A stretch of 64,000 nt of DNA from Halocalculus aciditolerans (GCF_014647475.1 NZ_BMPG01000007.1:4696-68695); one strand, 5' to 3'; shown: positions 31,184 to 41,144, numbered from the stretch's first letter. Notes: a model not told the origin generated them from the letters alone. Translations and numbers: made by a program.

Positions 31184-31224
31184 GAGAGCGGGGCGTTTTT
31201 CCACCTCTCGCGCGTTCTCTCCCT

Positions 31225-31869
31225 ATGGAGAGCCTCGAAACCGAGCTCGAACGCGCCCGCGGACTGGACGTCGACGACCTCGCGGACGCCATCGAGTCCA
31301 TCGGATTCGAGTGCACGCGCTGCGGCGCGTGCTGTACCGCCGAGGCCGACGACCCCCACACCGCCACCGTCTTCCCGGACGAAATCCGCACCCTCGAAGC
31401 CGAGACGGACAGTGAGTGGAACGACGTCGCGCGCCCGATGCCCTACGGCCTCGACGCCGACGGGACCGGCGAGACGTTCGAGTGGGCGCTCCAGACCGAC
31501 GCGTGCGGCGACTGCGTCTTCTACGAAGAACACGACGGCCGGGGAGCCTGCGGCGTCCACGCGGACCGCCCGCTCATCTGCGAGACCTACCCGTTCAGCG
31601 TCGCGCTCGCCGGCACCAGCCAGCCGATGGGCGACGCCGTCGACGAAGCCGGCGTCGTCCGCGCGCACGAGTGCGAGGGCCTCGGTCGCGACATCAGCCG
31701 GGAGGACGCCGAAGAGCTGGCCGCCGCGCTCAAAGAACGCGCCGTCACGGAACTCGAAGAAGCCATCGGCGTCCGCGACGCCTACGCCCCCGTCGACGTC
31801 GCCCCCGGCGAAACCGTCGTCCACGACTCCGAAGGCGCGAAACGCGCCGACGGCACCCGAATCGAGTAG
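31225..31869 (+). CDS. YkgJ/UPF0153-family putative Fe-S or zinc-chelating protein
   Basis: Cysteine cluster CTRCGACCT plus the downstream pair CGDC...C...C. Start trimmed to ATG 31225. Confidence 0.65.
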   Translation: MESLETELERARGLDVDDLADAIESIGFECTRCGACCTAEADDPHTATVFPDEIRTLEAETDSEWNDVARPMPYGLDADGTGETFEWALQTDACGDCVFYEEHDGRGACGVHADRPLICETYPFSVALAGTSQPMGDAVDEAGVVRAHECEGLGRDISREDAEELAAALKERAVTELEEAIGVRDAYAPVDVAPGETVVHDSEGAKRADGTRIE

Positions 31870-31928
31870 CCCGCCGCGCCCCGCCAACCACGCCCGCGGC
31901 GGCCCGAACCGACCCGCAGAGGCCGAAG

Positions 31929-31936
31929 ATATATTA
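31929..31936 (+). promoter_or_regulatory. candidate TATA box for the TRAM-domain gene
   Basis: atatatta lies about 40 nt upstream of the TTG start at 31974. Confidence 0.3.
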
Positions 31937-31973
31937 CGAACGATTACGTGGGTCGGGCCGGAGGTCTGTTCCC

Positions 31974-32399
31974 TTGGAAATCTCTGATAAGCTCCTCTGT
32001 CTGTTCAACGCGGAAGTCGCGGTCTCCGACGACGAGTACGTCGTCGAAATCCCCCGACGCGAGATCGACTCCGGCGCAATCGAACCCGGTGAGACCTACC
32101 GCGTCGCACTCATCGCCCGCGACGAGGACGACGCCGACACCGAAACGACAACGTCGACGGCCGCCTCCACCGGCCCGTCGACGGCCGACCAACCACAACC
32201 GCCCGTCGAGGAGAACGAAATCCGCTACGTCGAAATCGAAGACATCGGCAAACAGGGCGACGGCATCGCCCGCGTCGAACGCGGCTACGTCATCATCGTC
32301 CCCGACGCCGAAATCGGCGAACGCGTGAAGATCGAAATCACCGAAGTCAAATCCAACTTCGCCGTCGGCGAAATCATCGACGACGAGGAGCCACAGTAA
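31974..32399 (+). CDS. TRAM-domain protein
   Basis: C-terminal OB-fold TRAM block YVEIEDIGKQGDGIARVERGYVIIVPDAEIGERVKIEITEV. I place a TTG start at 31974 (LEISDKLLCLF), which matches haloarchaeal TRAM proteins opening M-E-I-S-D-K. Confidence 0.7.
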   Translation: MEISDKLLCLFNAEVAVSDDEYVVEIPRREIDSGAIEPGETYRVALIARDEDDADTETTTSTAASTGPSTADQPQPPVEENEIRYVEIEDIGKQGDGIARVERGYVIIVPDAEIGERVKIEITEVKSNFAVGEIIDDEEPQ

Positions 32400-32571
32400 C
32401 CGCACCAGCCACCGACCACCCCACAGCGGCCCCACCGGCCGCCATTCTCTCGACCACACACCGACCGCCAGAGCCACGTCTCCCGAACGCCCAGAGCGCC
32501 GAACCTACGCCTGTCGCGTCGATTCCTCTCGGTCACTCCTCGTCTCTCCGTGAATCCGGTTGGGACGACCG

Positions 32572-32766
32572 CGAACCACATTACTCGCGTGTCGCTCCCT
32601 ATCGGTCGCTCCCGCTCGCCTCCTCCGTGGTTCTCCCTCGACCGCCTGCGGCGGCCTCTCCGAACCACATTACTCGCGTGTCGCTCCCTATTCGGTCGCT
32701 CCCGCTCGCCTCCTCCGTGGTTCTCCCTCGCTCACGTTCGTTCGCTCGCTCCGAACCACGTTACTC
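32572..32766. repeat. intergenic repeat element, copy B: two 69/70 bp tandem units plus a ctcacgttcgttcgctcgctccgaaccacgtta end module
   Basis: Units 32572-32640 and 32661-32730 are about 98% identical, separated by 20 bp. The end module abuts the stop codon of the radical SAM gene. Confidence 0.8.
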
Positions 32767-34458
32767 CACGTACTTCCGCAGCTCCGCATCGATGGGGACG
32801 TCGCCGGGCGAGTCGTAGGGGCGGTTGACGACGACGTCGCCGGCGGACTGCGAGCCGACGCCCGGGATGGCCTGGAGCTCGTCCATGGAGGCGTCGTTGA
32901 GGTCGAGGGGGTACGGGATACCCGTGATGGAGCGGTAGCCGTGGCCGGTGACGGCGATATCTATCGACTGGCCGAGTTCGCGTTCGCCGGGGATGCCGAC
33001 GAGGAGAGCGTACGTGCCGAGCTGGCGGCCGAACGTCTTCCCGTCCTGGTGGTATTCGAGGTGGACGTCCTCCAGGATGGTGCCCGGTGGGCAGACGCGG
33101 TTCAGCATCGGGTTGTCGATCTGTTCGCGCACCTCCTGCTTGTAGGATTTGAAGTTCTGTTTGTGGTCGTTGGCGATGCTCGCGCCGGTGTCGCTCATCT
33201 CCGTGCCCTCGAAGGCCATGACCTGACGGATGTTGATGCGGCGGAGCATCAGGCCCTCGTCGTAGACGCGCTGGAGGAACTGCTTGTTGTGCTCGTAGGT
33301 CTCGGGGCGTTCGCCCTGGAGGCCGTGGAGGAGGTTGATGCCGGGGAGAATCTTCGGGAGGCGGTTCGCCGCGTCGGCACCGGTCGTGGGGGCGTCGGCG
33401 GGGTCGTCGCCGGGCCGCCAGCCGCCGGCTTCGTTCACGACGCGAATCGCCTCTAAGCACTCGTCGGCGGTGACGAGGAGGTTGTTCTTCTCCTGGACGA
33501 CGGGGTCGGCGGACTCGAGGCCGAACGCGGCGGTGTCGCCGGGCGTGTTGTGCTCGGCGATGATTTCGATGGCTTCCCGCGACGCCTCGGGGTAGTCCAC
33601 GATGGTCACGGGGTTCATGTTGTCGAGGTGGAGGGTTTCGAGGTCGGGCGCGACCTCGCGGATGCCGCCGTAGAGCCGCTGGATGGCGTCGGGGTTGGGG
33701 GCTTCGCCGTCGCCGCCGAACGCGAGGATGTCGGCCTGCCGGCCGAGGCGGAAGTGCCGCACGCCCGCCTCGTAGAGCTGTTCGACCTCCCGAACGACGC
33801 TCTCGGCCGTGCGGAAGGAGGGGTTGCCGTAGAGGGGTTCCGTGCAGAACGAACACCGGTAGGCGCAGCCGCGGCTCGTCTCCAGTTCCGCGATGAGGTA
33901 TTCGGGGAAATTCGGGTGTTGGTCGACGACGAACGCGCCTTTCGCGCCCCAGCGGTCGATCTCTTCGTTGCTCCGCACGCGGTTCCCGAAGCCCTCCATG
34001 CCCTCGGAGACGAGGTCGTAGACGGCGGCTTCGACGTCGCCTTTCGCGACGAAGTCGAAGTCGAGGTCCTTGCGTTCCATGTCGCTCGCGCCGGCGTTCT
34101 CCTCGCCGACGCCGAACCGAATCGGGCCGCCCATGACGCTCGTCCCGTTCGCCGTCCACGCGAGCTCGCGGACTTCGTCGGGTTCGGCGGGCGTCCCGCC
34201 GACGTACTTGCCGGGGACGGTCATTCCGCCGAGGTAGACGAGGAGGTCCGCTCGCTCGACGTCCAGCCACCGCGAGCGCTCCTCGCGGAGCGCGTCGATG
34301 GTGTGGTAGGTGACGTTCTCCTCGGGGACGCCGGCGTCGACGAGCGCGCCCGCCGTGTAGCGCGGATACGTCGAGATATACGGGGGAACGCCGAAGTGCG
34401 CGGGTTCGTCCACGTACCCGTCCACTAACACGACGTCCAGGGACGCGGGGTCAGTCAT
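32761..34458 (-). CDS. radical SAM protein with N-terminal B12-binding-like domain
   Basis: Radical SAM cluster motif RGCAYRCSFC in a 565-aa protein, with an N-terminal Rossmann-like domain. Confidence 0.8.
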   Translation of the reverse strand: MTDPASLDVVLVDGYVDEPAHFGVPPYISTYPRYTAGALVDAGVPEENVTYHTIDALREERSRWLDVERADLLVYLGGMTVPGKYVGGTPAEPDEVRELAWTANGTSVMGGPIRFGVGEENAGASDMERKDLDFDFVAKGDVEAAVYDLVSEGMEGFGNRVRSNEEIDRWGAKGAFVVDQHPNFPEYLIAELETSRGCAYRCSFCTEPLYGNPSFRTAESVVREVEQLYEAGVRHFRLGRQADILAFGGDGEAPNPDAIQRLYGGIREVAPDLETLHLDNMNPVTIVDYPEASREAIEIIAEHNTPGDTAAFGLESADPVVQEKNNLLVTADECLEAIRVVNEAGGWRPGDDPADAPTTGADAANRLPKILPGINLLHGLQGERPETYEHNKQFLQRVYDEGLMLRRINIRQVMAFEGTEMSDTGASIANDHKQNFKSYKQEVREQIDNPMLNRVCPPGTILEDVHLEYHQDGKTFGRQLGTYALLVGIPGERELGQSIDIAVTGHGYRSITGIPYPLDLNDASMDELQAIPGVGSQSAGDVVVNRPYDSPGDVPIDAELRKYVE

Positions 34459-34595
34459 TAGCCCGGATACGGCGTCGACGCGTAAAAACTCGGCTGACTC
34501 GCCCGGGTCGCCACGCGAGACGGCCGTCGAACGCGGCGCGGCCGGCGTGCGGCGACGTTCGGGTTCCGCGATTCAGTGCCGCGTCCCGCCCGTTT

Positions 34596-34781
34596 ATGCC
34601 GCTGGCAGTCGAACAACGAGATATGCCCGCAACGCTGGAACTCACCTGTACGAGCGACGACTGCGAGATGGACATGTTCGACATGCATTACACCTACGAC
34701 ATGCCGGACGACGTCGGCGTCGAGGACTTCCAGTGCCCGTACTGCGGGGGGACGGACTGCCTGGAGGAGACGATGGGATGA
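34596..34781 (+). CDS. small zinc-finger protein (CPxCG-type), translationally coupled to hsp20
   Basis: Encodes ...TCTSDDCEMDMF...FQCPYCGGTDC. Its stop overlaps the Hsp20 ATG (ATGA). The start could instead be the internal ATG at 34623. Confidence 0.5.
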   Translation: MPLAVEQRDMPATLELTCTSDDCEMDMFDMHYTYDMPDDVGVEDFQCPYCGGTDCLEETMG

Positions 34782-35188
34782 GGGGGACAGAGTTCGGGAA
34801 GGCGCTGGGGACGGAGGCGTTGAAGCGCGTGGGGCGTGCGGCGTCGCGCTTCCAGGAGGAGCGCCCGCTCCCCGTGGACGTGCTGGAGAGCGACGAGGAG
34901 TACCTCGTGGTGTTCGACGCGCCGGGCGTGACGAGCCAGGACGTCCAGGTGGACGTCGACGGCCGCGAGGTGCGCGCGCGCATCGACCGATTCCGCGAGC
35001 CACGCCCGGGGTTCGAGATGCGGTTCCCGGGGCGCGGCCTCGCGCTCGACGGCTCCGCGAAACTCCCGGCCGACGCCGATGTCGACGCCGACGCCACGCG
35101 CGCACAGCTCAACGACGACGGAACGCTCTACGTCTACGTGCCAAAACGTGATTCGGAAGGAGCGAACGGCGTCGACGTGAGCGAGTGA
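34778..35188 (+). CDS. Hsp20/alpha-crystallin family small heat shock protein
   Basis: ACD core (VDVLESDEEYLVVFDAPGVTSQDVQVDVDGREVRA) and C-terminal region. Confidence 0.85.
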   Translation: MRGTEFGKALGTEALKRVGRAASRFQEERPLPVDVLESDEEYLVVFDAPGVTSQDVQVDVDGREVRARIDRFREPRPGFEMRFPGRGLALDGSAKLPADADVDADATRAQLNDDGTLYVYVPKRDSEGANGVDVSE

Positions 35189-35300
35189 GAGGCGCGAATT
35201 AGCGCGGGGGAGCGCGTGGTTCGGAGCGAGCCGAGGCGTTTCGGAGGGAGAGAGCCGTCGGCGTGAGAGCGAGGTGGCGGCGTGCTCGAGTGATTCGTGG

Positions 35301-35693
35301 TTAGGCGTCGAGTGCGATGAACTCGATGTCGTGTTCTTCCATGTAGGCGCGGAATTCGGAGACGATGTCGTCGAGGTGGGGGAAGACGCCGCGGTCGAAG
35401 GCGGCGATGGCGACTTTGTCCCCGACGAAGCCGGTGAAGAGGATTTTGTCGTCGGCGACTTTGATTATCTGGTTGATGTTTTCGGCGCTCATGAGGGTCT
35501 CGTAGGTGTCGACGGCGACGAGGCTGTCGAGTTCGCTCTCGATTTCGCGGTCGCGGTTCGCGTTCCACTCGACGTCGTCGCGGAGGTAGAGGCGTTCGAC
35601 GTCGCGGTCGTCGGGAGTCGCGCCGACGAAGTAGCGGAGGGTCCCGCCGGCGTTCTCCTCGGTGATCGTCGCCATGTCCGCGAGCACGTCCAT
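35301..35693 (-). CDS. hypothetical acidic protein (130 aa)
   Basis: Clean acidic ORF with no recognisable motif. Confidence 0.5.
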   Translation of the reverse strand: MDVLADMATITEENAGGTLRYFVGATPDDRDVERLYLRDDVEWNANRDREIESELDSLVAVDTYETLMSAENINQIIKVADDKILFTGFVGDKVAIAAFDRGVFPHLDDIVSEFRAYMEEHDIEFIALDA

Positions 35694-35744
35694 GGTTTCG
35701 CCACGGAGGGAGGGAAATTAAAATTACCCGATGTTCATCGCGTA

Positions 35745-36839
35745 TCACCCGATATCCATGCCTTCGCGAATCGCGAAGGACTCGTCGCCGTCGAAGCGCG
35801 CGGGGTCGAAGGGAGCGACGTCGATGCCGTCGCGGCCGAGGACGGCGTCGGCGAGGGCCTCGCCGGTGGCGGGGGCGCGCATGAAGCCGTGGCCCTGCCA
35901 GCCGGCGGCGACGTAGACGCCGTCTGCGAGTTCGCCGAGGAGCGGGTCGCCGTCGGGGGTGGCGACGCAGAGGCCGGCCCAGGAGCGGTGGAGTGAGATG
36001 TCACCGCGGAGGCGTTCGCGGAGGGCGGCGAGGGTGCGGGCCTCGAACCAGCCGTCTCCCTCGCGGTTCCAGTCGTCGGGGTCGAACTCGCGGGGTTCGG
36101 TGCCGTCGCCGGCGAGGATGCCCTGGGGGTGGGGGCGGGCGTAGTAGCCGGCGGTGGCGTCGTGGAACATCGGGACGGGCGGGCCGGTGGCGACGAGCGC
36201 CTGCACGCGGTAGGGTTTGAGTGGGACGGAGAGACCGGCGTCGGCGAGCACCTGTTTGGTGTGTGCGCCGGCGGCGACGGCGACGGCGTCGAAGGGGTCG
36301 CCGTTCACCGCGGTCGGGTCGAGCGTGAGTTCGGCGGGCGTGCGCTCGCGGACGTCGACGCCGCGCTCGCGGGCGAGGTCGGCGAGGAGCGCGGGGTAGG
36401 TCGCGGGGTCGGCGTAGCCGGCGTTCCGCGCGACCATCGCGCCTTCGACGTCCGACCAGTCGACGTGCGGGAACTCGCGTTCGAGGTCGTCGCGAGAGAT
36501 AACCGAGACGTCGCGGTCCTGCGCTTGGAGGTGGAAGACGGTCTCCTCGATGACGTCGGCGCGTTCGGCGTCGGTGGCGAACTGGACGTAGGGCGTCTCG
36601 TGGAAGGCGAAGTCGCCGCGCCCCGAGAAGGCGCGGAAGCGGTCGAGCGCGCGGTCGGCGATGCGGGCGTCGACGGCGTCGCTGTAGGCGTCGTAGAGGA
36701 CGCCGGCGGCGCGCCCGCTGCTCCCCGCGCCGACCGTCTCGCGCTCGAAGACGGTGACGTCCGCGCCGGCCTCGGCGAGGTCGTAGGCGGCGGTGAGGCC
36801 GACCGCGCCCGCGCCGACGACGGCGACGGAGACCGTCAT
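35745..36839 (-). CDS. FAD-dependent oxidoreductase (glycine/D-amino-acid oxidase-like)
   Basis: N-terminal dinucleotide-binding VAVVGAGAVGLTAAYDL and a C-terminal GxGxxG-like region. Confidence 0.85.
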   Translation of the reverse strand: MTVSVAVVGAGAVGLTAAYDLAEAGADVTVFERETVGAGSSGRAAGVLYDAYSDAVDARIADRALDRFRAFSGRGDFAFHETPYVQFATDAERADVIEETVFHLQAQDRDVSVISRDDLEREFPHVDWSDVEGAMVARNAGYADPATYPALLADLARERGVDVRERTPAELTLDPTAVNGDPFDAVAVAAGAHTKQVLADAGLSVPLKPYRVQALVATGPPVPMFHDATAGYYARPHPQGILAGDGTEPREFDPDDWNREGDGWFEARTLAALRERLRGDISLHRSWAGLCVATPDGDPLLGELADGVYVAAGWQGHGFMRAPATGEALADAVLGRDGIDVAPFDPARFDGDESFAIREGMDIG

Positions 36840-37597
36840 CGGTGCGGGGCGGGCCGGAGGTCCTCGAATCGCTGTGCCGCGAGCCAGTCGACGAGGGCGT
36901 TCAGGTCGTCGACGGCTTCGGCGACGAGCTCCGCGCCGATCTCCGCAGTGCCGTCCGTGGGGTGGCCGACAGCGCCGGAGTCGGAGAAGTCCGCGGTGTC
37001 GAAGCCGACGTCAGCGCCGCCCGGCACTTCCCGCCCCCACGAGTCGGCCGCGCCGGCCTCGGCGTCGGCCAGGAGGTCTTCCTGGACGAGTTCGGTGAGG
37101 TGGAGCATCGCGCTCGTCTCGACGGCGTCGGCGTGCCCGAGCGAGGTGTCCAATCGCGCGTCGATGAGGTCGTCGAGGTTGTCCCACCAGTGCCAGGGGA
37201 CGGTGAAGGCGACGTCGTCGGCGCGGAGGCGGCGGGCGGCGCGCCGGAGGGCGTTCGTGTTGCCGCCGTGGCCGTTGACGACGACGACCTTGCGGACGCC
37301 GTGGGCGGCGACGCTCTCGACGATGTCGGCGACGTAGTCGGCGAAGGTCTCCTCGGTCGTGGACAGCGTCCCGTGGAACTGGCGGTGGTGGTCGCTCACG
37401 CCGACGGGGACGCCGGGGAGGACGATTGCGTCGGCGCGGTCGACGCGGGTGGCGACGCCGGCGGCGGCGAAGAGGTCGGTGCCGAGCGGGAGCGCGGGGC
37501 CGTGCTGTTCGACGCTCCCGGTGGGGAGGACGGCGACCTCGGCCTCGCCGAGGGCGTCGGCGGCCGTCGTCGTCGTGTGTTCGTGGAGTTCGCGCAT
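36836..37597 (-). CDS. creatininase-family amidohydrolase
   Basis: Blocks LPTGSVEQHGPALPLGTD and VVNGHGGN. Start trimmed to ATG 37597, and the stop overlaps the start of the oxidoreductase gene. Confidence 0.8.
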   Translation of the reverse strand: MRELHEHTTTTAADALGEAEVAVLPTGSVEQHGPALPLGTDLFAAAGVATRVDRADAIVLPGVPVGVSDHHRQFHGTLSTTEETFADYVADIVESVAAHGVRKVVVVNGHGGNTNALRRAARRLRADDVAFTVPWHWWDNLDDLIDARLDTSLGHADAVETSAMLHLTELVQEDLLADAEAGAADSWGREVPGGADVGFDTADFSDSGAVGHPTDGTAEIGAELVAEAVDDLNALVDWLAAQRFEDLRPAPHR

Positions 37598-37929
37598 ACG
37601 GAGTGGGCGTCGGCCCGGCCCTTCAGGGTTCGCGTCCCGGCGGCGAGTGAAACTGGAGCGCGAAGCGGTTCGGAAGAATCCGGAGACGGCGGCGGGTTTT
37701 CTCGACGGCGGTTTCAGTTTCACTTTCACCCCGCGTATGGCTGAGGTATATGCTCGGTGGCCGGCGAGAGAGGAGTATGACGCGAGATGGAAGCAGTCAG
37801 GGGGTATCGTTCGCGGGGGTCGACGTCTCGGAGCTCCCGCTCGCGGAAGTCGAGTCGTTCGTTGAGAACCGGGGGGAGGACGCCTACCTCGAACGGCGGG
37901 TCTCGCGGACGTACGTCGGCCGCGAGTAG

Positions 37930-38712
37930 TCAGACGAGGTCGTCGAGGCCGCGGGCGGGGTAGGCGACGACGTGGTCGACGCCGGCCTCGCGGAGGGCGT
38001 CCACGCGCTCGCTGACGGTCGCCGCGTTGCCGACGAGCGCGTAGTCGCGGACGGCCTTCGAGAGGACCTCGCGGGCGCGGCCGGCGGCGTCGCCGTCGGT
38101 GGCGGCGTCGTCGGGGAGCGCGCGGTTCACGGGGCCGCGGCGAGCGGCGTAGGCACCGACGGCGTCGAGCACCGCGTCCTCGTCGTCCGTGAGGACGGTG
38201 GGAGCGTAGACGGCGATGTCGCCGGTGTAGCCGGCGGCGCGGAGCGCGCGCACGTCCCGCTCAGTGGTTCGTGAGAGGAGTTCGAACTGGGGTGCGCCGG
38301 TGGCGAGCGCGACGCGTTCGACGCCCTCCGTGCCGACCCAGGCGTCCGGGTGTCTGCCGGTGGCGTCGCCGAGCCGGGGGGCGACGGCGCGCGCTCGCTC
38401 CGCGTCGGTGAGGTAGGCGGCGTGACCGGCGACGAGCACGCGGCCGACGCCCTCGGGGATGTCGCGGTCGAGGGCGTCGTCGCCGCGCGGGTCGAAGCCG
38501 TCGGCGCGCACGGGCGTCGTCACCCGCACGTCCTTGGCGGCGGCGAGGTCGGCGAGCGTCCCGCGGTCCGGGAAGGCCGCTCGGCCCTCGTAGTCGACGA
38601 CGACGCGAGGAATCGAGATATCGAGAGCGTCGCGGACGTCGCACTCTTCGGGTTTGAGGGCGACGGCGTCGAACGCGACACGCGCCTCTGTGACGGCGGT
38701 CTCGCTATGCAA
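37930..38712 (-). CDS. hypothetical protein with luciferase-like (LLM-class) C-terminal signature
   Basis: C-terminus LVGNAATVSERVDALREAGVDHVVAYP resembles the LLM/F420-dependent oxidoreductase tail, but the protein is only 260 aa. Confidence 0.45.
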   Translation of the reverse strand: MHSETAVTEARVAFDAVALKPEECDVRDALDISIPRVVVDYEGRAAFPDRGTLADLAAAKDVRVTTPVRADGFDPRGDDALDRDIPEGVGRVLVAGHAAYLTDAERARAVAPRLGDATGRHPDAWVGTEGVERVALATGAPQFELLSRTTERDVRALRAAGYTGDIAVYAPTVLTDDEDAVLDAVGAYAARRGPVNRALPDDAATDGDAAGRAREVLSKAVRDYALVGNAATVSERVDALREAGVDHVVAYPARGLDDLV

Positions 38713-38825
38713 CTCGAATCACTCCGTTAGAGAAGGGGTCAGTCGTGGGCTCGCGGAACGCGATCCATCGTCTCTGCGACCATACGCGTGGTACTCCGTC
38801 CGGGGGCAAAAGGGCGTCGCTCGCG

Positions 38826-39449
38826 TCAACCGCGCTCCGGGGAGGCGTCGGGGTCGATGACGTACTCGGGGCCGGCCGGCGGCTGCCAGTCGAGCGCGAG
38901 GTCGAGGAAGTCGGTGAGGATGCGGCCGGTCGCCCCCCAGACGGTGTAGCCGTCGACGTGGAAGAAGTGGACGAGGATGGGGCCGTATTCGGGGTGGTCG
39001 CGGCGTTCGGCCTCGTAGTTCGCGGGGTCGAGGAGGTCGTCGAGCGCGAGCACCGCGACCTCAGCGACTTCGCGCTCGTCGGGCGTGTACGCGCGGTCGG
39101 GGACGCGGCCGACGAACGGCGAGATGGCGTAGCCGGTCGTCGTCTCGATGTCGTCGAGGCGGCCGACGACTTCGACCTCCTCGGAGTGGAGGCCGATTTC
39201 CTCGTCGCATTCGCGGAGCGCGGTGGCTTCGAGGGAGTCGTCGCTCGGCTCGCGGCCGCCCCCGGGGAAGCTCATCTGGCCGGGGTGTTCGGAGAGGTGG
39301 CTGGCGCGTTTCGTGAACAGGAGGTGCGGGTCGCCGTCGCGCTCGACGACGGGGACGAGCACGGCCGATTCGCGCTCCGGGTCGGCGGCCCGGACGGGCT
39401 CGTGGCGGGCGACGGCCGCGAGGTTCATACGAGGGGTGACGCCGGCCAC
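38826..39449 (-). CDS. NUDIX hydrolase (CoA pyrophosphatase-like)
   Basis: Nudix box GGGREPSDDSLEATALRECDEEIGL. Confidence 0.85.
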   Translation of the reverse strand: MAGVTPRMNLAAVARHEPVRAADPERESAVLVPVVERDGDPHLLFTKRASHLSEHPGQMSFPGGGREPSDDSLEATALRECDEEIGLHSEEVEVVGRLDDIETTTGYAISPFVGRVPDRAYTPDEREVAEVAVLALDDLLDPANYEAERRDHPEYGPILVHFFHVDGYTVWGATGRILTDFLDLALDWQPPAGPEYVIDPDASPERG

Positions 39450-39482
39450 GGACTTATACTGTCGGCTGAAGGTCCGTGATGG

Positions 39483-39947
39483 TTAGGCGTCGAGGCGGGC
39501 GTGGATGCGGTCGCGGTAGGGTTCGAGGGTCGCGTCGATCCAGACTTCGGCGTCGTAGGTGACGTCGAGAAGGGTTTCGGCGCGGTCGTCGTCGCCGGGG
39601 CCGAGCGCGGCGACGTCGGTTTCGAGGCGGGAGCGGAGCGCGGCGGCCTTCTCGGGTTCCGTGACGTCGCGGCGGTCGATGTCGAGGATGTGCGGGAGGT
39701 CGTCGGCGTCGTCGGGAACAGTTGGAAAGGCGGCGGGGCCGGGCGCGACGAGGACGTCGCCGTCGTGCGGGACTTCGAGGAGGCGGTAGTCCGCGGTGGC
39801 GGCGTCGACGGCGTCCTCGACGGCGGCTTCGTCGAGGTCGCGGCCGTCGCGGAACGCGAGTTCCACGAGCGCCTCGGTGAGCTCGTCGCGCGTCAGGCCG
39901 CCGAAGAGGTCGACGATGCCCGCGAGCTCGTCGTGCGTTCGCTGCAT
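39483..39947 (-). CDS. hypothetical acidic protein (154 aa)
   Basis: Clean ORF of typical haloarchaeal composition. Confidence 0.5.
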   Translation of the reverse strand: MQRTHDELAGIVDLFGGLTRDELTEALVELAFRDGRDLDEAAVEDAVDAATADYRLLEVPHDGDVLVAPGPAAFPTVPDDADDLPHILDIDRRDVTEPEKAAALRSRLETDVAALGPGDDDRAETLLDVTYDAEVWIDATLEPYRDRIHARLDA

Positions 39948-40004
39948 ACTCCCTCGAACCGGCTTCTCGCCTATGAGTCTACTGCCTGCCGTGCGAGACT
40001 CTCT

Positions 40005-41105
40005 CTACCGGTCGCGGGCGGCGGCGAGGTCGTCGCGGGCGGCGGCGACGACCGCGGCGGGGTCGAGGTCGGCGTCCGCCCACGCGGGGAGGCGGGTGTC
40101 CGCGCCGGGCGGGGCGATGGCGTCGGCGTACGCGGCCACCTGCTCGCGTTCGCCGTGTTCGTCGTGCGCGAAGTCGTTGAAGGCGGCGTCGGCGGCGTAC
40201 GCGCGGACGTGGCGCTCGGCGGCGTCGCGGTAGGCGGCGGTGAGTTCGTCGTAGTCGACGGTCGCGCCGTCCGCTTCGACGGCGTGGAGGACGGCCGCGC
40301 CGACGCCGTCGCTCATGTCCGTGAGGCCGGAGGGGCCGGAGACGGCGCGGTGGTCGTGTTCGTAGCGGCCGAGGTCGACCTGCGCCGCGGCGTCGCTGCC
40401 GGCGACGCGGTAGGCCTCCGCGAGCACGCCGACTTCGAGCCCCCAGCGCCGCCGGACGCGGACGCGTCGCGCGAGGTCGGCGGTGAGCGCGCATTCGCCG
40501 GCGAGCGCGTACCGGAACGCGTCGAGGTAGTCGACGACGGGCGCGTCCGTGACGTCGCCGAGCGCGGCGACGAGCGGTTCGTAGAAGAGCCGACAGAGCC
40601 GGCCGTAGAGCCGGTCGTTCTCCACGCGGGCGTAGTAGCCTTTCGCGAAGTCGTGCCCGCGCGTGAGCGGGAAGAGGAGTTTGCGGACGTCGCGGGCTTC
40701 GTAGGTAGTGGTGTCGGCGTCGTGGACGGCGACGAAGTCCGCGCGGTCGGCGGCGTGGCCGAGCGCGAGCCAGATGTCGCGGCCCTTCCCGCTCTCGCCG
40801 TCGAGGCCGGCGTCGGCGAGGCGGTCGGCGAGCCGCGGCCCCGTACACCAGAGGACGTCGAGCGGGAGGTCGAAGCCGTCGAGCCAGTCGGCGAACGCCG
40901 GGGCGCGTTCCGGGGACGCGCGGAGCGGGACGACGACGCGTTTCGGCTGGAGCGTTTCGAGTTCGGAGAGGACGGCTTCGGTGGCGAGCGCGGTGTACTC
41001 GCGCTCCGTCATGGGGACGACGACGGCGGCGTCGGCGACCGGGGCGTCGGGGTTCGCGCGCCCGAAGTCGTGGAGCGTCGTCACGCGCTCCTGCGTGTAA
41101 TCCAT
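40005..41105 (-). CDS. GT-A-fold glycosyltransferase-like protein (possibly glucosyl/mannosyl-3-phosphoglycerate-synthase-like)
   Basis: Opens AAVVVPMTERE, has a DxD-like VHDADT and is about 366 aa. The specific function is uncertain. Confidence 0.45.
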   Translation of the reverse strand: MDYTQERVTTLHDFGRANPDAPVADAAVVVPMTEREYTALATEAVLSELETLQPKRVVVPLRASPERAPAFADWLDGFDLPLDVLWCTGPRLADRLADAGLDGESGKGRDIWLALGHAADRADFVAVHDADTTTYEARDVRKLLFPLTRGHDFAKGYYARVENDRLYGRLCRLFYEPLVAALGDVTDAPVVDYLDAFRYALAGECALTADLARRVRVRRRWGLEVGVLAEAYRVAGSDAAAQVDLGRYEHDHRAVSGPSGLTDMSDGVGAAVLHAVEADGATVDYDELTAAYRDAAERHVRAYAADAAFNDFAHDEHGEREQVAAYADAIAPPGADTRLPAWADADLDPAAVVAAARDDLAAARDR

Positions 41106-41144
41106 ACGCGTGGCGAGGGCGTGCGCGCCGAAAAAACACGCCGG

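Noticed and set aside
30652-31869. 405-aa ORF and 31416..32399 327-aa ORF (Arg-rich N-termini)
   Set aside because: These are N-terminal extensions of real genes created by the absence of stops. The real starts are 31225 (MESLETELE) and 31974 (TTG, EISDKLLCLF TRAM protein).
37930-38712. Calling this gene a bona fide F420-dependent LLM oxidoreductase
   Set aside because: Only the C-terminal about 35 residues match the LLM tail. The protein is about 70 residues shorter than typical LLM enzymes and haloarchaea generally lack F420 pathways. Left as hypothetical.
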